Source: an uncultured Desulfatitalea sp.
Lineage (GTDB): Bacteria > Desulfobacterota > Desulfobacteria > Desulfobacterales > Desulfosarcinaceae
DNA length: 64,000 bases
NCBI GenBank assembly: GCA_963668675.2
Contig: CAXXMB010000002.1
Coordinates: 64,001-128,000 of the forward strand
Direction of reading: 5' to 3'
Shown here: piece by piece, positions 16,866 to 25,743 of the stretch
How positions within the stretch are numbered: position 1 is the first letter of the stretch
Layout of the letters: every line of letters starts with the position of its first letter
Made by a program: the position numbers and the translations under genes
The notes under the pieces: generated by a model
Told to the model about the DNA's origin: nothing
What the model saw: only the letters and a program-made list of their open reading frames with translations
Database searches by the model: none

Positions 16866-18197
16866 CTATGATGCAATGATCGATGCCGACTGCCTGGCAT
16901 CGGCCAGCACCTTGGCCTGGTCGATCCCCTTCAGCACCCTCTCCTCCATGACCACCTTGCCGTTTATGATCGAGTGGCGCACGTCATCCCCTCGCGCCGC
17001 ATAGACCAGATGAGAGATGGGATCATACATGGGCGTCAGATGGGGTTTGGCCGTATCCACCACAATCACATCGGCCCTTTTACCCGGCGCGATGGTGCCG
17101 ATGGTCCCCTCCATACCCAGCACACGGGCCGCATCTGAGGTGACCATCCGCAGGGTTGTTGCCGCGTCCATCACCGTCGGATCCAGCCGTTTCACCTTGT
17201 GCAGCTTGGCGGCCATATCCATTTCAGTGAACAGGTCCAGGTTGTTGTTGCTGGCGCAGCCGTCGGTACCCAATCCCACACAGACGCCCGCGGCCAGCAA
17301 TTCCGGTACCGGCGCAATACCCGAAGCCAACTTCATATTGCTCTCGGGGTTGTGAGACACCTTCACGTCGAACCGGGATAGCAGATCGATGTCATCAGCG
17401 GTAAGGACGACCCCGTGACAGGCCACCATATTGGGGCCCAGCACCTCTAAATTGGCCAGGTGCCCCACCGGTGTGGCCCCGTACTTCTCCTTGATTTGAG
17501 CTGCTTCACTCTGGGTCTCGGCCACATGAATCACCAGAAGTGCGCCATTCTCCCCGGCCAAGCGGGCAGCCCGTTCGAGAAGGGATGGCTGACACAGGTA
17601 GGGAGAGTGCGGTTCGACTGCGATGCGGATCAAGGAATCGCCGGCCCAGCGCTCCATCATCCGGGCCGTATATTCGAATCCCTTTTCGATGGCCCCGTAG
17701 TTGGGTGACGGAAAGTCGTAAAGCACCTCGCCGACCACCGCTCGCATGCCGCACTCAAGCGCAGCTTCGGCCACGGCATCCTCATAGAGGTACATGTCGC
17801 AAAAACAAGTTGTCCCCGAACGGATCATCTCTGCACAAGCCAACCGGGTGCCCTGGCGAACCATCTCTTCGGTCAGTTTGGCCTCGGCCGGAAAAATGTG
17901 GTCGTTGAGCCAGCTCATGAGGGGCAAGTCGTCGGCCAACCCCCGGAAAAGAGCCATGGCTGCGTGGGTATGAGTATTGATCAGCCCAGGCAGAATCAAT
18001 CCCCCCTGGGCATCGATGACCTGTTTCGCATCGTGCGGATCGAAGTCGCCGTCCGGCCCGACAGCCACGATGGCCTCACCTGCAATGGCGACACTGCCCC
18101 CCTCGATACGGGTACCGTCCCTGTCCATGCACAGGAGAGTGCCATTGCGGACAAGCAGATCGACGGCACTCTTCTCACGGACGGCATCCGAAGGCAT
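16866..18197 (-). CDS. mtaD: Amidohydrolase, MTA/SAH deaminase-like (paralogue 1)
   Basis: NTHTH, PHSPY, HVAET, HNPESNMKL and GTDGCASNN motifs; GGGGAG RBS before ATG 18197. Confidence 0.8.
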   Translation of the reverse strand: MPSDAVREKSAVDLLVRNGTLLCMDRDGTRIEGGSVAIAGEAIVAVGPDGDFDPHDAKQVIDAQGGLILPGLINTHTHAAMALFRGLADDLPLMSWLNDHIFPAEAKLTEEMVRQGTRLACAEMIRSGTTCFCDMYLYEDAVAEAALECGMRAVVGEVLYDFPSPNYGAIEKGFEYTARMMERWAGDSLIRIAVEPHSPYLCQPSLLERAARLAGENGALLVIHVAETQSEAAQIKEKYGATPVGHLANLEVLGPNMVACHGVVLTADDIDLLSRFDVKVSHNPESNMKLASGIAPVPELLAAGVCVGLGTDGCASNNNLDLFTEMDMAAKLHKVKRLDPTVMDAATTLRMVTSDAARVLGMEGTIGTIAPGKRADVIVVDTAKPHLTPMYDPISHLVYAARGDDVRHSIINGKVVMEERVLKGIDQAKVLADARQSASIIAS

Positions 18198-18216
18198 GGC
18201 ACTCTCCCCTAAGGGC

Positions 18217-19077
18217 TTACGCCCCATGATCGTTGGCAAGGCGGCTCACCACCCCCCTGATGATGGCGGCCAATCGAGGTGTCGCAGCCTCGGCCACGGC
18301 GATGATTTCATCGACACCGGCGGGGATGGGGGCATCCGGCAGGCACACATTTGTTATCGTCGAAAGCCCCAGCACGCGCATACCGCCATGCACCGCCGCA
18401 ATAGTCTCCATAACCGTCGAAAAACCTACGGCATCCGCGCCGATGGTCCTTAAAAACCGCATCTCTGCCGGAGTTTCGAGGGAGGGCCCCTTCAAACCGG
18501 CGTAGACACCTTTCTGCACGCCATCACCCGCCCCCTCTGCCGCATCCAGAGCCAACTGCTGCAAACGGGTATCATAGGCAGACGTCATATCGGGAAATCG
18601 CGGTCCCCATTCGCTCTCGTTCTCTCCGACCAGGGGATTGGCTCCGGTCAAGTTGATGTGATCGCCGATTACCATGATGTCCCCGGGCCCAAAGGATGGA
18701 TTCAGTCCGCCGGAGGCGTTGGTGATGACGAGGTTGCGAATACCAAACGCCTGCAGTACCCGAATGGGAAAAACAACAGCCTTTGGGCCATAGCCCTCGT
18801 AGAGATGAAAGCGTCCCAGGAGGAGGAGGATGGGTCGACCGGCCATGCTACCGGCCACCAGGCGTCCTGCATGGGACTGCACCGTAGAGGCCGGAAAGTA
18901 GGGAATCTGGCCATATTCGATACTGGCTTGCACCTCGCATGCATCCACCATGTCCCCCAGTCCGGTGCCCGCCAATATGGCCGTTCGGGGTTCGGTTGAA
19001 ATGGTCTGCCGCAGGATGTCGACCGCTTCGGACACCTCCTGCCTTCCGTATTGTGATGGCGATATACTATTTTGCAT
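18217..19077 (-). CDS. Purine-nucleoside phosphorylase (PunA/XapA trimeric family)
   Basis: GTGLG, GRFHLYEG, TNASGG, GPSLETPAE and VGFSTV motifs; GGGAG RBS before ATG 19077. Confidence 0.9.
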   Translation of the reverse strand: MQNSISPSQYGRQEVSEAVDILRQTISTEPRTAILAGTGLGDMVDACEVQASIEYGQIPYFPASTVQSHAGRLVAGSMAGRPILLLLGRFHLYEGYGPKAVVFPIRVLQAFGIRNLVITNASGGLNPSFGPGDIMVIGDHINLTGANPLVGENESEWGPRFPDMTSAYDTRLQQLALDAAEGAGDGVQKGVYAGLKGPSLETPAEMRFLRTIGADAVGFSTVMETIAAVHGGMRVLGLSTITNVCLPDAPIPAGVDEIIAVAEAATPRLAAIIRGVVSRLANDHGA

Positions 19078-19437
19078 GGATGCTCCCGGCAAAACAAATG
19101 CCTGCCCTGTTGAATCTTGCGGAACAGCGTTCCTCCCAAAAGAGGGTAAAAAGGCATTTGGAAAAAGTTGCTGTTGTATATGCCAGGGGCTGCCGAACGT
19201 CAACCCGATGCGGGTCCGGCAGGGCGGCAACCGATCCGAAAGCGTCAGCGTATCGTGCGTCAAGGCGGCATTTTCCTTGAATTTTAACCTCTTTTTACCG
19301 CTGCTTTGATTGACTTTTTCCAAGCTTTATGAGATGTTGCCGGTCTGTAAATTTGTGTTCAAAAGCGGCAACTTCGGTAATCCGCTGCCGATCCCGACGG
19401 CTGATCCCACGAGGTTATACCCATTAAGGAGAAAGAT

Positions 19438-19932
19438 ATGAACGCGCTCGGACACCCTGAACATCCTGACGTGACAGAACAGATGTGGGCTAACATCGAT
19501 CAAGCGATCCAAACCCATCGCTCCGTTTCCGGCTCGATCATCACGGTTCTCAGGGAGTGCCAGGATATTGTGGGATATCTGCCCGTAGCGTTGCTCGACT
19601 ATATCGGCCAGGGAATGAACCTGCCCAGCAGTGAAGTCTATGGGGTGGCTTCTTTCTACTCCCTCTTCTCCATGACCCCCAAGGGCCGTCACACGATCAA
19701 ACTCTGCCTGGGAACGGCCTGTTATGTCAAAGGCATCAAAGAAGTCATGACCCGCATAGAGAATCAATACCAGGTCAAAGAGGGAGAGACGACCGAAGAT
19801 CGACGATTTTCCCTGCAAGGTGTCCGTTGCCTGGGCGCTTGCGGTCTGGCCCCAGTCATGGTGGTGGGACAGGACACCCATGGCGATATCAGTTCCGACA
19901 AAATTATCGATATTCTTGAAAAGTATCAATAG
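19438..19932 (+). CDS. NuoE/HydC-like [2Fe-2S] subunit
   Basis: VYGVASFYSLF, CLGTAC and CLGACGLAP motifs; AAGGAG RBS. Confidence 0.9.
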   Translation: MNALGHPEHPDVTEQMWANIDQAIQTHRSVSGSIITVLRECQDIVGYLPVALLDYIGQGMNLPSSEVYGVASFYSLFSMTPKGRHTIKLCLGTACYVKGIKEVMTRIENQYQVKEGETTEDRRFSLQGVRCLGACGLAPVMVVGQDTHGDISSDKIIDILEKYQ

Positions 19933-19983
19933 TGCCAAAAAGGAAAAGAAATTGGAAAGGAATCCTTTCATAGGAATGCGTAT

Positions 19984-20337
19984 ATGAAGATAAACGAACT
20001 GAAAGAGATACTCAAAGCGACGATCCTGGTCGGCGAGGACCAAATGGACCGCGTCATCATGGGAGGTGGCGCAGCAGATCTGATGGATGATGTGCTGGCC
20101 GCCGCTGCGAAGGATTGCGTGCTTTTGACAGGCGTCACCACCCCCCAGGTGGTCCAGACCGCCCGGATCGCACAGGTGTGCGCCATTGTGATTGTGCGCA
20201 AGAAGAAACCGTCGCAGGATGTCATCGATTTGGCCAGCTCCTACAACATTCCCTTGATGTTGACCGACTATTCTCTGTTTGTAGCCTGCGGTCGTCTCTA
20301 CATGAATGGCATCAGAGGTTTGGATGGGTCCTGGTAG
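19984..20337 (+). CDS. DRTGG-domain protein
   Basis: 117 aa; ADLMDDVLA, VLLTG and ACGRLY pattern of the small DRTGG proteins of hydrogenase-like operons. Confidence 0.8.
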   Translation: MKINELKEILKATILVGEDQMDRVIMGGGAADLMDDVLAAAAKDCVLLTGVTTPQVVQTARIAQVCAIVIVRKKKPSQDVIDLASSYNIPLMLTDYSLFVACGRLYMNGIRGLDGSW

Positions 20338-20368
20338 TACGTCAGCCAATTGATCTTTAATCTGAAGG

Positions 20369-22225
20369 ATGAGCGACATGCCGAAATTCACCGTGGACGA
20401 TCTTCAATCGATCAAAGCGACACATGCCGATCGGTTGGCTTTTAAGGACAAAACCTACCTCCTGATTTGCGGCGGTACGGGTTGTCACGCCACCGGAAGT
20501 ATAAAGGTCAAGGAGGCGCTGCTCAGCGAATTGGCTGCCAAGCAGTTGCAGGACAAGGTGGAGGTGGTGGAGACCGGATGCAACGGCTTTTGTGCCGTGG
20601 GGCCCTTGATGGTGGTGCATCCGGGCGACGTCTTTTATCAGAAAATCGCCATCGAGGATATCCCCACCATCGTGCAGAGCCACCTGATCGATGGAAAACC
20701 GGTAGAGAAACTGCTTTACAAGGATCCGGCATCCAAGCAGCGCATTGCAGTGCAAACCGAGATTCCGTTCTTTGCCAACCAAATGCCACGCGCCCTGCGC
20801 AACAAAGGGCTCATCAACCCGGAATCCATCGACGATTACATTGCCAGGGACGGCTACCTGGGAACGGCAAAGGCGCTGAACGACCTCACGCCGGAACAGA
20901 TCATCGAAGAGCTGCTCCAATCCGGACTCAGGGGCCGTGGCGGTGCCGGCTTTCCCACCGGCGTCAAGTGGGATTTTGCCCGTAAGAGCCCCGGTGAGAT
21001 CAAATATGTCCTGTGCAATGCAGACGAAGGCGATCCCGGTGCGTTTATGGATCGCAGCATTCTGGAGGCCGACCCGCACTCGGTTCTTGAGGGCATGATA
21101 ATCGCCGCCAAAGCCATCAATGCCCACAAAGGGTATATCTACGCCCGTACCGAGTACCCCCTGGCCATCAGGCGATTGAAAATTGCCATCGGGCAGGCCA
21201 AAGAGAGGGGATTGCTCGGCGACGATATTCTGGGGTCCGGATTCGATTTCGACATCGAGATCTATCAAGGCGCCGGTGCATTTGTCTGCGGCGAGGAGAC
21301 CGCATTGATGCGCTCGATCGAGGGGCGCCGAGGTATGCCGCGTCCAAGGCCGCCATTTCCGGCCCTTAAGGGTCTGTGGGAGAAGCCGACGATCCTCAAC
21401 AACGTCGAGACCCTTTGTAATGTCCCCCAGATCATCCGCAAGGGGGGTGCGTGGTACGCATCGGTCGGCACCGAAACAAGCAAAGGCACCAAGGTCTTTG
21501 CCCTGTCGGGAGATGTAAACAACATCGGGCTGGTCGAAGTGCCCATGGGAACCACCCTGCGCACGCTGATCTACGACATCGGCGGCGGCATCCCGAAAAA
21601 GCGCAAGTTCAAGGCGGTTCAATTGGGCGGCCCCTCCGGTGGCTGCATTCCCGAACATCTCCTCGACACACCGGTGGATTACGAAGAGATCGCCAAGGTG
21701 GGTGCCATCATGGGCTCCGGCGGCGTCATCGTCATGGATGAAAACACCTGCATGGTGGACATGGCGCGCTTCTTCATGGAGTTCATCCAGGAGGAGTCCT
21801 GCGGCAAGTGCACCCCCTGCCGCGAAGGCACCCGCCGCCTGCTCCAGTTACTCGTGAAGATCTGTGAAGGGCGCGGCGAACCTGGAGATATCGAAACCAT
21901 GGAAGAGCTCTCCGGGGTCATCCGTGAAACCGCGCTGTGCGGCCTGGGCCAGACCGGCCCCAACCCGGTGCTCTCTACCCTGCGCTATTTCCGGGATGAA
22001 TTTGAAGCCCACATCTATGAACGCCGCTGTCCGGCCAAACGGTGCGTCGAGCTGCTTCGGTTCGAGGTCGACCCGGAGCTGTGTACCAAATGCGGCTTAT
22101 GCTCGCGAGCCTGCCCGGTGGACGCCATCGAGTGGCAGAAGAAAGAGGTGGCCAAAATCGACAAGGAAAAGTGTATCAAGTGCTTGACCTGTTATGATAA
22201 ATGTAAGTTTGGCGCTATCATGTAG
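20369..22225 (+). CDS. NuoF/HydB-like FMN/NADH subunit, long form
   Basis: N-terminal [2Fe-2S] (CGGTGC, CNGFC); GRGGAGFPTG, NADEGDPGAFMDR, AFVCGEE, GGPSGG, CGKCTPCREG; C-terminal 2x[4Fe-4S]. Confidence 0.93.
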   Translation: MSDMPKFTVDDLQSIKATHADRLAFKDKTYLLICGGTGCHATGSIKVKEALLSELAAKQLQDKVEVVETGCNGFCAVGPLMVVHPGDVFYQKIAIEDIPTIVQSHLIDGKPVEKLLYKDPASKQRIAVQTEIPFFANQMPRALRNKGLINPESIDDYIARDGYLGTAKALNDLTPEQIIEELLQSGLRGRGGAGFPTGVKWDFARKSPGEIKYVLCNADEGDPGAFMDRSILEADPHSVLEGMIIAAKAINAHKGYIYARTEYPLAIRRLKIAIGQAKERGLLGDDILGSGFDFDIEIYQGAGAFVCGEETALMRSIEGRRGMPRPRPPFPALKGLWEKPTILNNVETLCNVPQIIRKGGAWYASVGTETSKGTKVFALSGDVNNIGLVEVPMGTTLRTLIYDIGGGIPKKRKFKAVQLGGPSGGCIPEHLLDTPVDYEEIAKVGAIMGSGGVIVMDENTCMVDMARFFMEFIQEESCGKCTPCREGTRRLLQLLVKICEGRGEPGDIETMEELSGVIRETALCGLGQTGPNPVLSTLRYFRDEFEAHIYERRCPAKRCVELLRFEVDPELCTKCGLCSRACPVDAIEWQKKEVAKIDKEKCIKCLTCYDKCKFGAIM

Positions 22226-22287
22226 CTGCCAGTTTATTCGGGCCCGATCGAGCGAGCCCTAAAAGATCCTTTGAGGAGAACAATCCA

Positions 22288-24348
22288 ATGGGAATGGGAA
22301 TAGCAGTCGTTCTGATGGGCGGATTGGGACTGGTGGTCGGTATCGGCCTGGCCATCGCCTCCAAAATCTTCTATGTCTATGTGGACCCTAAAATCCTGGC
22401 GGTGGACGATGCCTTGCCAGGCGCCAACTGCGGCGGATGCGGCTATCCCGGCTGCTCCTCCAACGCCGAAGCCATTGTGGCCGGCAAATCGGCACCCAAC
22501 TCCTGTGTGGCCGCCGGTCCGGAAGTGGCCGAAGCCATTGCCGCTATCCTGGGGGTCAGCGTGGAAGCCAAGGAGCCGGATATCGCCCTTCCCGGCTGCA
22601 CATATGGGGTTGCGGAGGCCGACACCAAGTATCTCTATGACGGCTTGAACGATTGCCGCGCCGCTGCCATGCTCAATGGCGGCATGAAAGTGTGCACCAT
22701 CGGATGTCTCGGCCTGGGCACCTGCGCCAAGGTCTGTCCGTTCGATGCCATCGTCATGGGTCCCGACGGGCTGCCGAAGGTGATCGAAAGCCGTTGCACG
22801 GGATGCGGCACATGTGAGCGTGCTTGCCCGAAGCATATCATCACCCTCTCTTCCGTGACCCGGCGAATTCTCAAAGAGTACACCACTGAAGATTGCACCA
22901 CGCCGTGCCAGCGGGCGTGCCCGGCCGGCATCAACATCAGCGCCTATATCGGTGCCATCGCTCAGGGGGATGATGACAAAGCCGTTCAGGTCATCAAGGA
23001 GCGCAACCCCTTCCCCACCGTTATCGGCCGTATCTGCCCGCGCCCCTGTGAAAACGAATGCCGTCGCCAATATGTCGACGAACCGGTGGCCATCAACTTT
23101 CTGAAGCGTTACGCCGCCGACCAGGAGATGGTGAAAGGAACCCACGTCCAGCCCTTCAAAGCACCGGATACCGGCCGCAGGGTAGCTGTTATCGGCGGTG
23201 GTGTGGAGGGGCTCTCGGCCGCCTTCTTTTCAGCCCGCCTGGGTCATGAAACCAAGGTCATCGAAGCACAATCCAAGATGGGCGGGCTTCTGAGAAGTGC
23301 CATTGCCAAGTACCGACTCCCTGAAAAAGTACTCGACTGGGACGTTGAAGGCATCGAGCAGATGGGGGTCAAGATGGAAACCGACAAGGCCCTCGGCCGC
23401 GATGTTTCCGTGACCGATCTTCTTTCGGAGGGGTATCAGGCCGTATTTCTGGCCGTTGGCGGCTGGGACAGCCGACTGGCACGAACAGGGGGCGGCGGCG
23501 ACACCAACCCCGTACCGGGATGCCATCTGCTGATCGATGTGGCCAAATCTGGCAGCGAAGGATATCCGCAGGTTCGTCTCGACGGCCGGGTGATGATCGT
23601 CGGCAGCCCCAGACTGTCGTCCGCTTTGATTCAACGATGCAAGGAGTTGGGCGCCGGGCAGATTTCGCTGCTGATGAAAGAGGCAGATATCAGCGACATC
23701 GATATGACCGATATCGAGCTTTTTGCCGGCAAGGGCGTCAGTCGCCTCTTTGGTGAAACGGACCGCCTCACCTCGGTGGAGTTGACCGACCTGAGCAGCG
23801 GCGACAGTGAAATCGCTGATGTCGACCATCTCATTTTTGCTTCGGGACGCGTTCCCGAGTTGATATTTCTGCCGGTAGAGGCGCCGGAAGAGGGGGAAGA
23901 GAACGCTGCTCAGATAGTGCCGGGAGCGTGGGAAGCACTGCCTCCCTATAAACAGCCGGCTTCCCACCATGAGATCGGGTTGATGTCAAAAGGGGACAAC
24001 CTCACCGACTTCCAGGCGGCCATCAAAGCCATCGCAGCCGGACGCCGGGCAGCGGCATCGATTAACCGTTGTCTCTACCATCTGCCCCTGGATCAACCCG
24101 ACAATGTGGTGTCACCGGAGACCATGGTGCAGAACGTCGACCGTGTCTCCAATGTGCCGACGAAAGTGCGTCAGATTATGCCCCTGGCTGGCCCGGCGAA
24201 AACAGCCCAGGGCCAGGAGTTGGAGATGGGCTTCAGCCCGGAGGCGGCCAAAGCGGAAGCGGACCGCTGTCTGCAATGCGGCCTCATCTGTTACCTGCGT
24301 GACCAAAATCAGGATGCCGCAGAGCACGAGGTTAAGGCGTGCGGGTAG
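22288..24348 (+). CDS. RnfB-like N-terminus fused to a GltD/NfnB-like FAD and FeS oxidoreductase
   Basis: N-terminal TM helix, LPGANCGGCGYPGC, CLGLGTC, CTGCGTC; then CQRACP...GRICPRPCENEC and AVIGGGVEG. Confidence 0.88.
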   Translation: MGMGIAVVLMGGLGLVVGIGLAIASKIFYVYVDPKILAVDDALPGANCGGCGYPGCSSNAEAIVAGKSAPNSCVAAGPEVAEAIAAILGVSVEAKEPDIALPGCTYGVAEADTKYLYDGLNDCRAAAMLNGGMKVCTIGCLGLGTCAKVCPFDAIVMGPDGLPKVIESRCTGCGTCERACPKHIITLSSVTRRILKEYTTEDCTTPCQRACPAGINISAYIGAIAQGDDDKAVQVIKERNPFPTVIGRICPRPCENECRRQYVDEPVAINFLKRYAADQEMVKGTHVQPFKAPDTGRRVAVIGGGVEGLSAAFFSARLGHETKVIEAQSKMGGLLRSAIAKYRLPEKVLDWDVEGIEQMGVKMETDKALGRDVSVTDLLSEGYQAVFLAVGGWDSRLARTGGGGDTNPVPGCHLLIDVAKSGSEGYPQVRLDGRVMIVGSPRLSSALIQRCKELGAGQISLLMKEADISDIDMTDIELFAGKGVSRLFGETDRLTSVELTDLSSGDSEIADVDHLIFASGRVPELIFLPVEAPEEGEENAAQIVPGAWEALPPYKQPASHHEIGLMSKGDNLTDFQAAIKAIAAGRRAAASINRCLYHLPLDQPDNVVSPETMVQNVDRVSNVPTKVRQIMPLAGPAKTAQGQELEMGFSPEAAKAEADRCLQCGLICYLRDQNQDAAEHEVKACG

Positions 24349-24413
24349 TCTAATAAACGAGTGGCGAAAGTGGACAAAATAGACAGAGCGCCTTTACTTT
24401 CAACTTTCAACTT

Positions 24414-24569
24414 AATGTCATTAACTTAAGCGGATGCAATGGGCGGGCATAAAGCCCGCCCCTACGAAGGATGAGTAGAAATTAATTCTGTCACAACACA
24501 AGAACCGTGTAGGGGCGGGCTTTATGCTCGTACGGATCGGTAGCTGAAAAGCCTTAAGTTAATGACATT
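24414..24569. mobile_element. MITE-like element with 17-bp terminal inverted repeats enclosing two inverted GTAG REP-like units
   Basis: AATGTCATTAACTTAAG (24414-24430) and CTTAAGTTAATGACATT (24553-24569); REP units at 24441-24465 (-) and 24509-24533 (+). Confidence 0.75.
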
Positions 24570-24622
24570 GACTTTCAACTTTAAACTTATAACTTCCCTG
24601 CAAAGCGGGGCCGGTATCAACC

Positions 24623-25135
24623 ATGGCCATTGAACAAGGCATCGTCATTCGAATGGGGCCGCAGGCGTCGGGAACGGCTTGGGTAAAGACCGCGAGGTCA
24701 AGCGCCTGTGAGTCCTGCGCATCAAGAGATAGCTGCAACCCGGATGGGGGAGGCGCTATGCAGGAAGTGGAGGCACTCAACAAAGCCGGCGCTAAAGTGG
24801 GAGATCGCATCCAACTGATGGTCGGAACCGGTGCCGTGCTCAAAGCGATCTCTCTCCTCTATCTATTCCCTATCCTTAGCATGATCGGTGGAGGGGTCCT
24901 CGGAGACTGGATGGCACCCGGGTTGGGCTTGCACCCTTCGGTCGCTTCAGCTATGATGGCATTTATACTGTTTGCGGTTGCGCTGCTTATCGTACGCCTG
25001 AGCGGCCAGCGCATGGCCCGCAAAGAAGCATATCGACCCAAAATTATACGCATCCTGAGAAACCACACCGGGACGCTGGTAGCGGCTGAAACCGAAGCGT
25101 GCCCCACCCAGGGCCCCAACCCAAAACAGGGATAA
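24623..25135 (+). CDS. RseC/MucC family membrane protein
   Basis: RSSACESCASRDSC, AKVGDRI and LYLFP motifs, two TM helices, C-terminal YRPKI. Confidence 0.85.
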   Translation: MAIEQGIVIRMGPQASGTAWVKTARSSACESCASRDSCNPDGGGAMQEVEALNKAGAKVGDRIQLMVGTGAVLKAISLLYLFPILSMIGGGVLGDWMAPGLGLHPSVASAMMAFILFAVALLIVRLSGQRMARKEAYRPKIIRILRNHTGTLVAAETEACPTQGPNPKQG

Positions 25136-25141
25136 TAAGGT

Positions 25142-25618
25142 ATGGTTGAGAAGGTTTTCATTACGAGCAACGACACAGCCACCTTCGTCTGCCCCCAGTG
25201 CGGCAACGTCACCACTGCCGATGTTTCCCGATTTGCATCCATCAACAGGAGAATTACCGTCAATTGCAACTGCAACTGTGGTCATCGTTTTAAAGTGTCC
25301 CTGGAGAAAAGGCGCCAGTACCGAAAAACCACAGACCTGCCAGGCGTATACTACTGTCGTGCGAAAAATGGCGACATCGATAAAGGTAACATGCGCGTGG
25401 TCGATATCTCTTCCACCGGAATCAAGCTCAAACTGAACGTGGAGCGGCACTTCGATGTCGGAGAGACGATCAGGGCCGAATTTCACCTGGATGACAAGCG
25501 ACACACATTCATTAAAAAACAGATCATCGTGCGCAACGTTTACAAGAACCTTGTCGGCACGTCGTTTGCCCCCGGCGAAGGGGATGACCCCAACCTGGGT
25601 TTCTATCTGATGTCCTGA
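25142..25618 (+). CDS. PilZ-domain protein with N-terminal zinc ribbon
   Basis: CPQC...CNCGH; RRQYR (RxxxR) and DISSTG (DxSxxG). Confidence 0.85.
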   Translation: MVEKVFITSNDTATFVCPQCGNVTTADVSRFASINRRITVNCNCNCGHRFKVSLEKRRQYRKTTDLPGVYYCRAKNGDIDKGNMRVVDISSTGIKLKLNVERHFDVGETIRAEFHLDDKRHTFIKKQIIVRNVYKNLVGTSFAPGEGDDPNLGFYLMS

Positions 25619-25743
25619 TTGGCACCTTTCCCACACGGCCCGTGCAACCCTAAGATTATCAACCCATTGCCGATACCCTCAATGACGGTTCTGCCACCGA
25701 AACCGTCGAACGATGGCCAAGTTTAACATAGGGTATTAAAATA

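Noticed and set aside
19078..19323. Longer ORF-track starts for PNP, and likewise for sppA, the 974 gene, the RND adaptor, gctB and csp
   Set aside because: Family similarity, and in most cases an RBS, begin at downstream start codons.
19345..19368. Rex operator upstream of the nuoE-like gene
   Set aside because: TGTAAATTTGTGTTCAAA is only a poor match to the palindromic consensus.
19438..22225. Respiratory complex I or [FeFe]-hydrogenase operon
   Set aside because: No other nuo genes and no H-cluster or molybdopterin subunit in the window.
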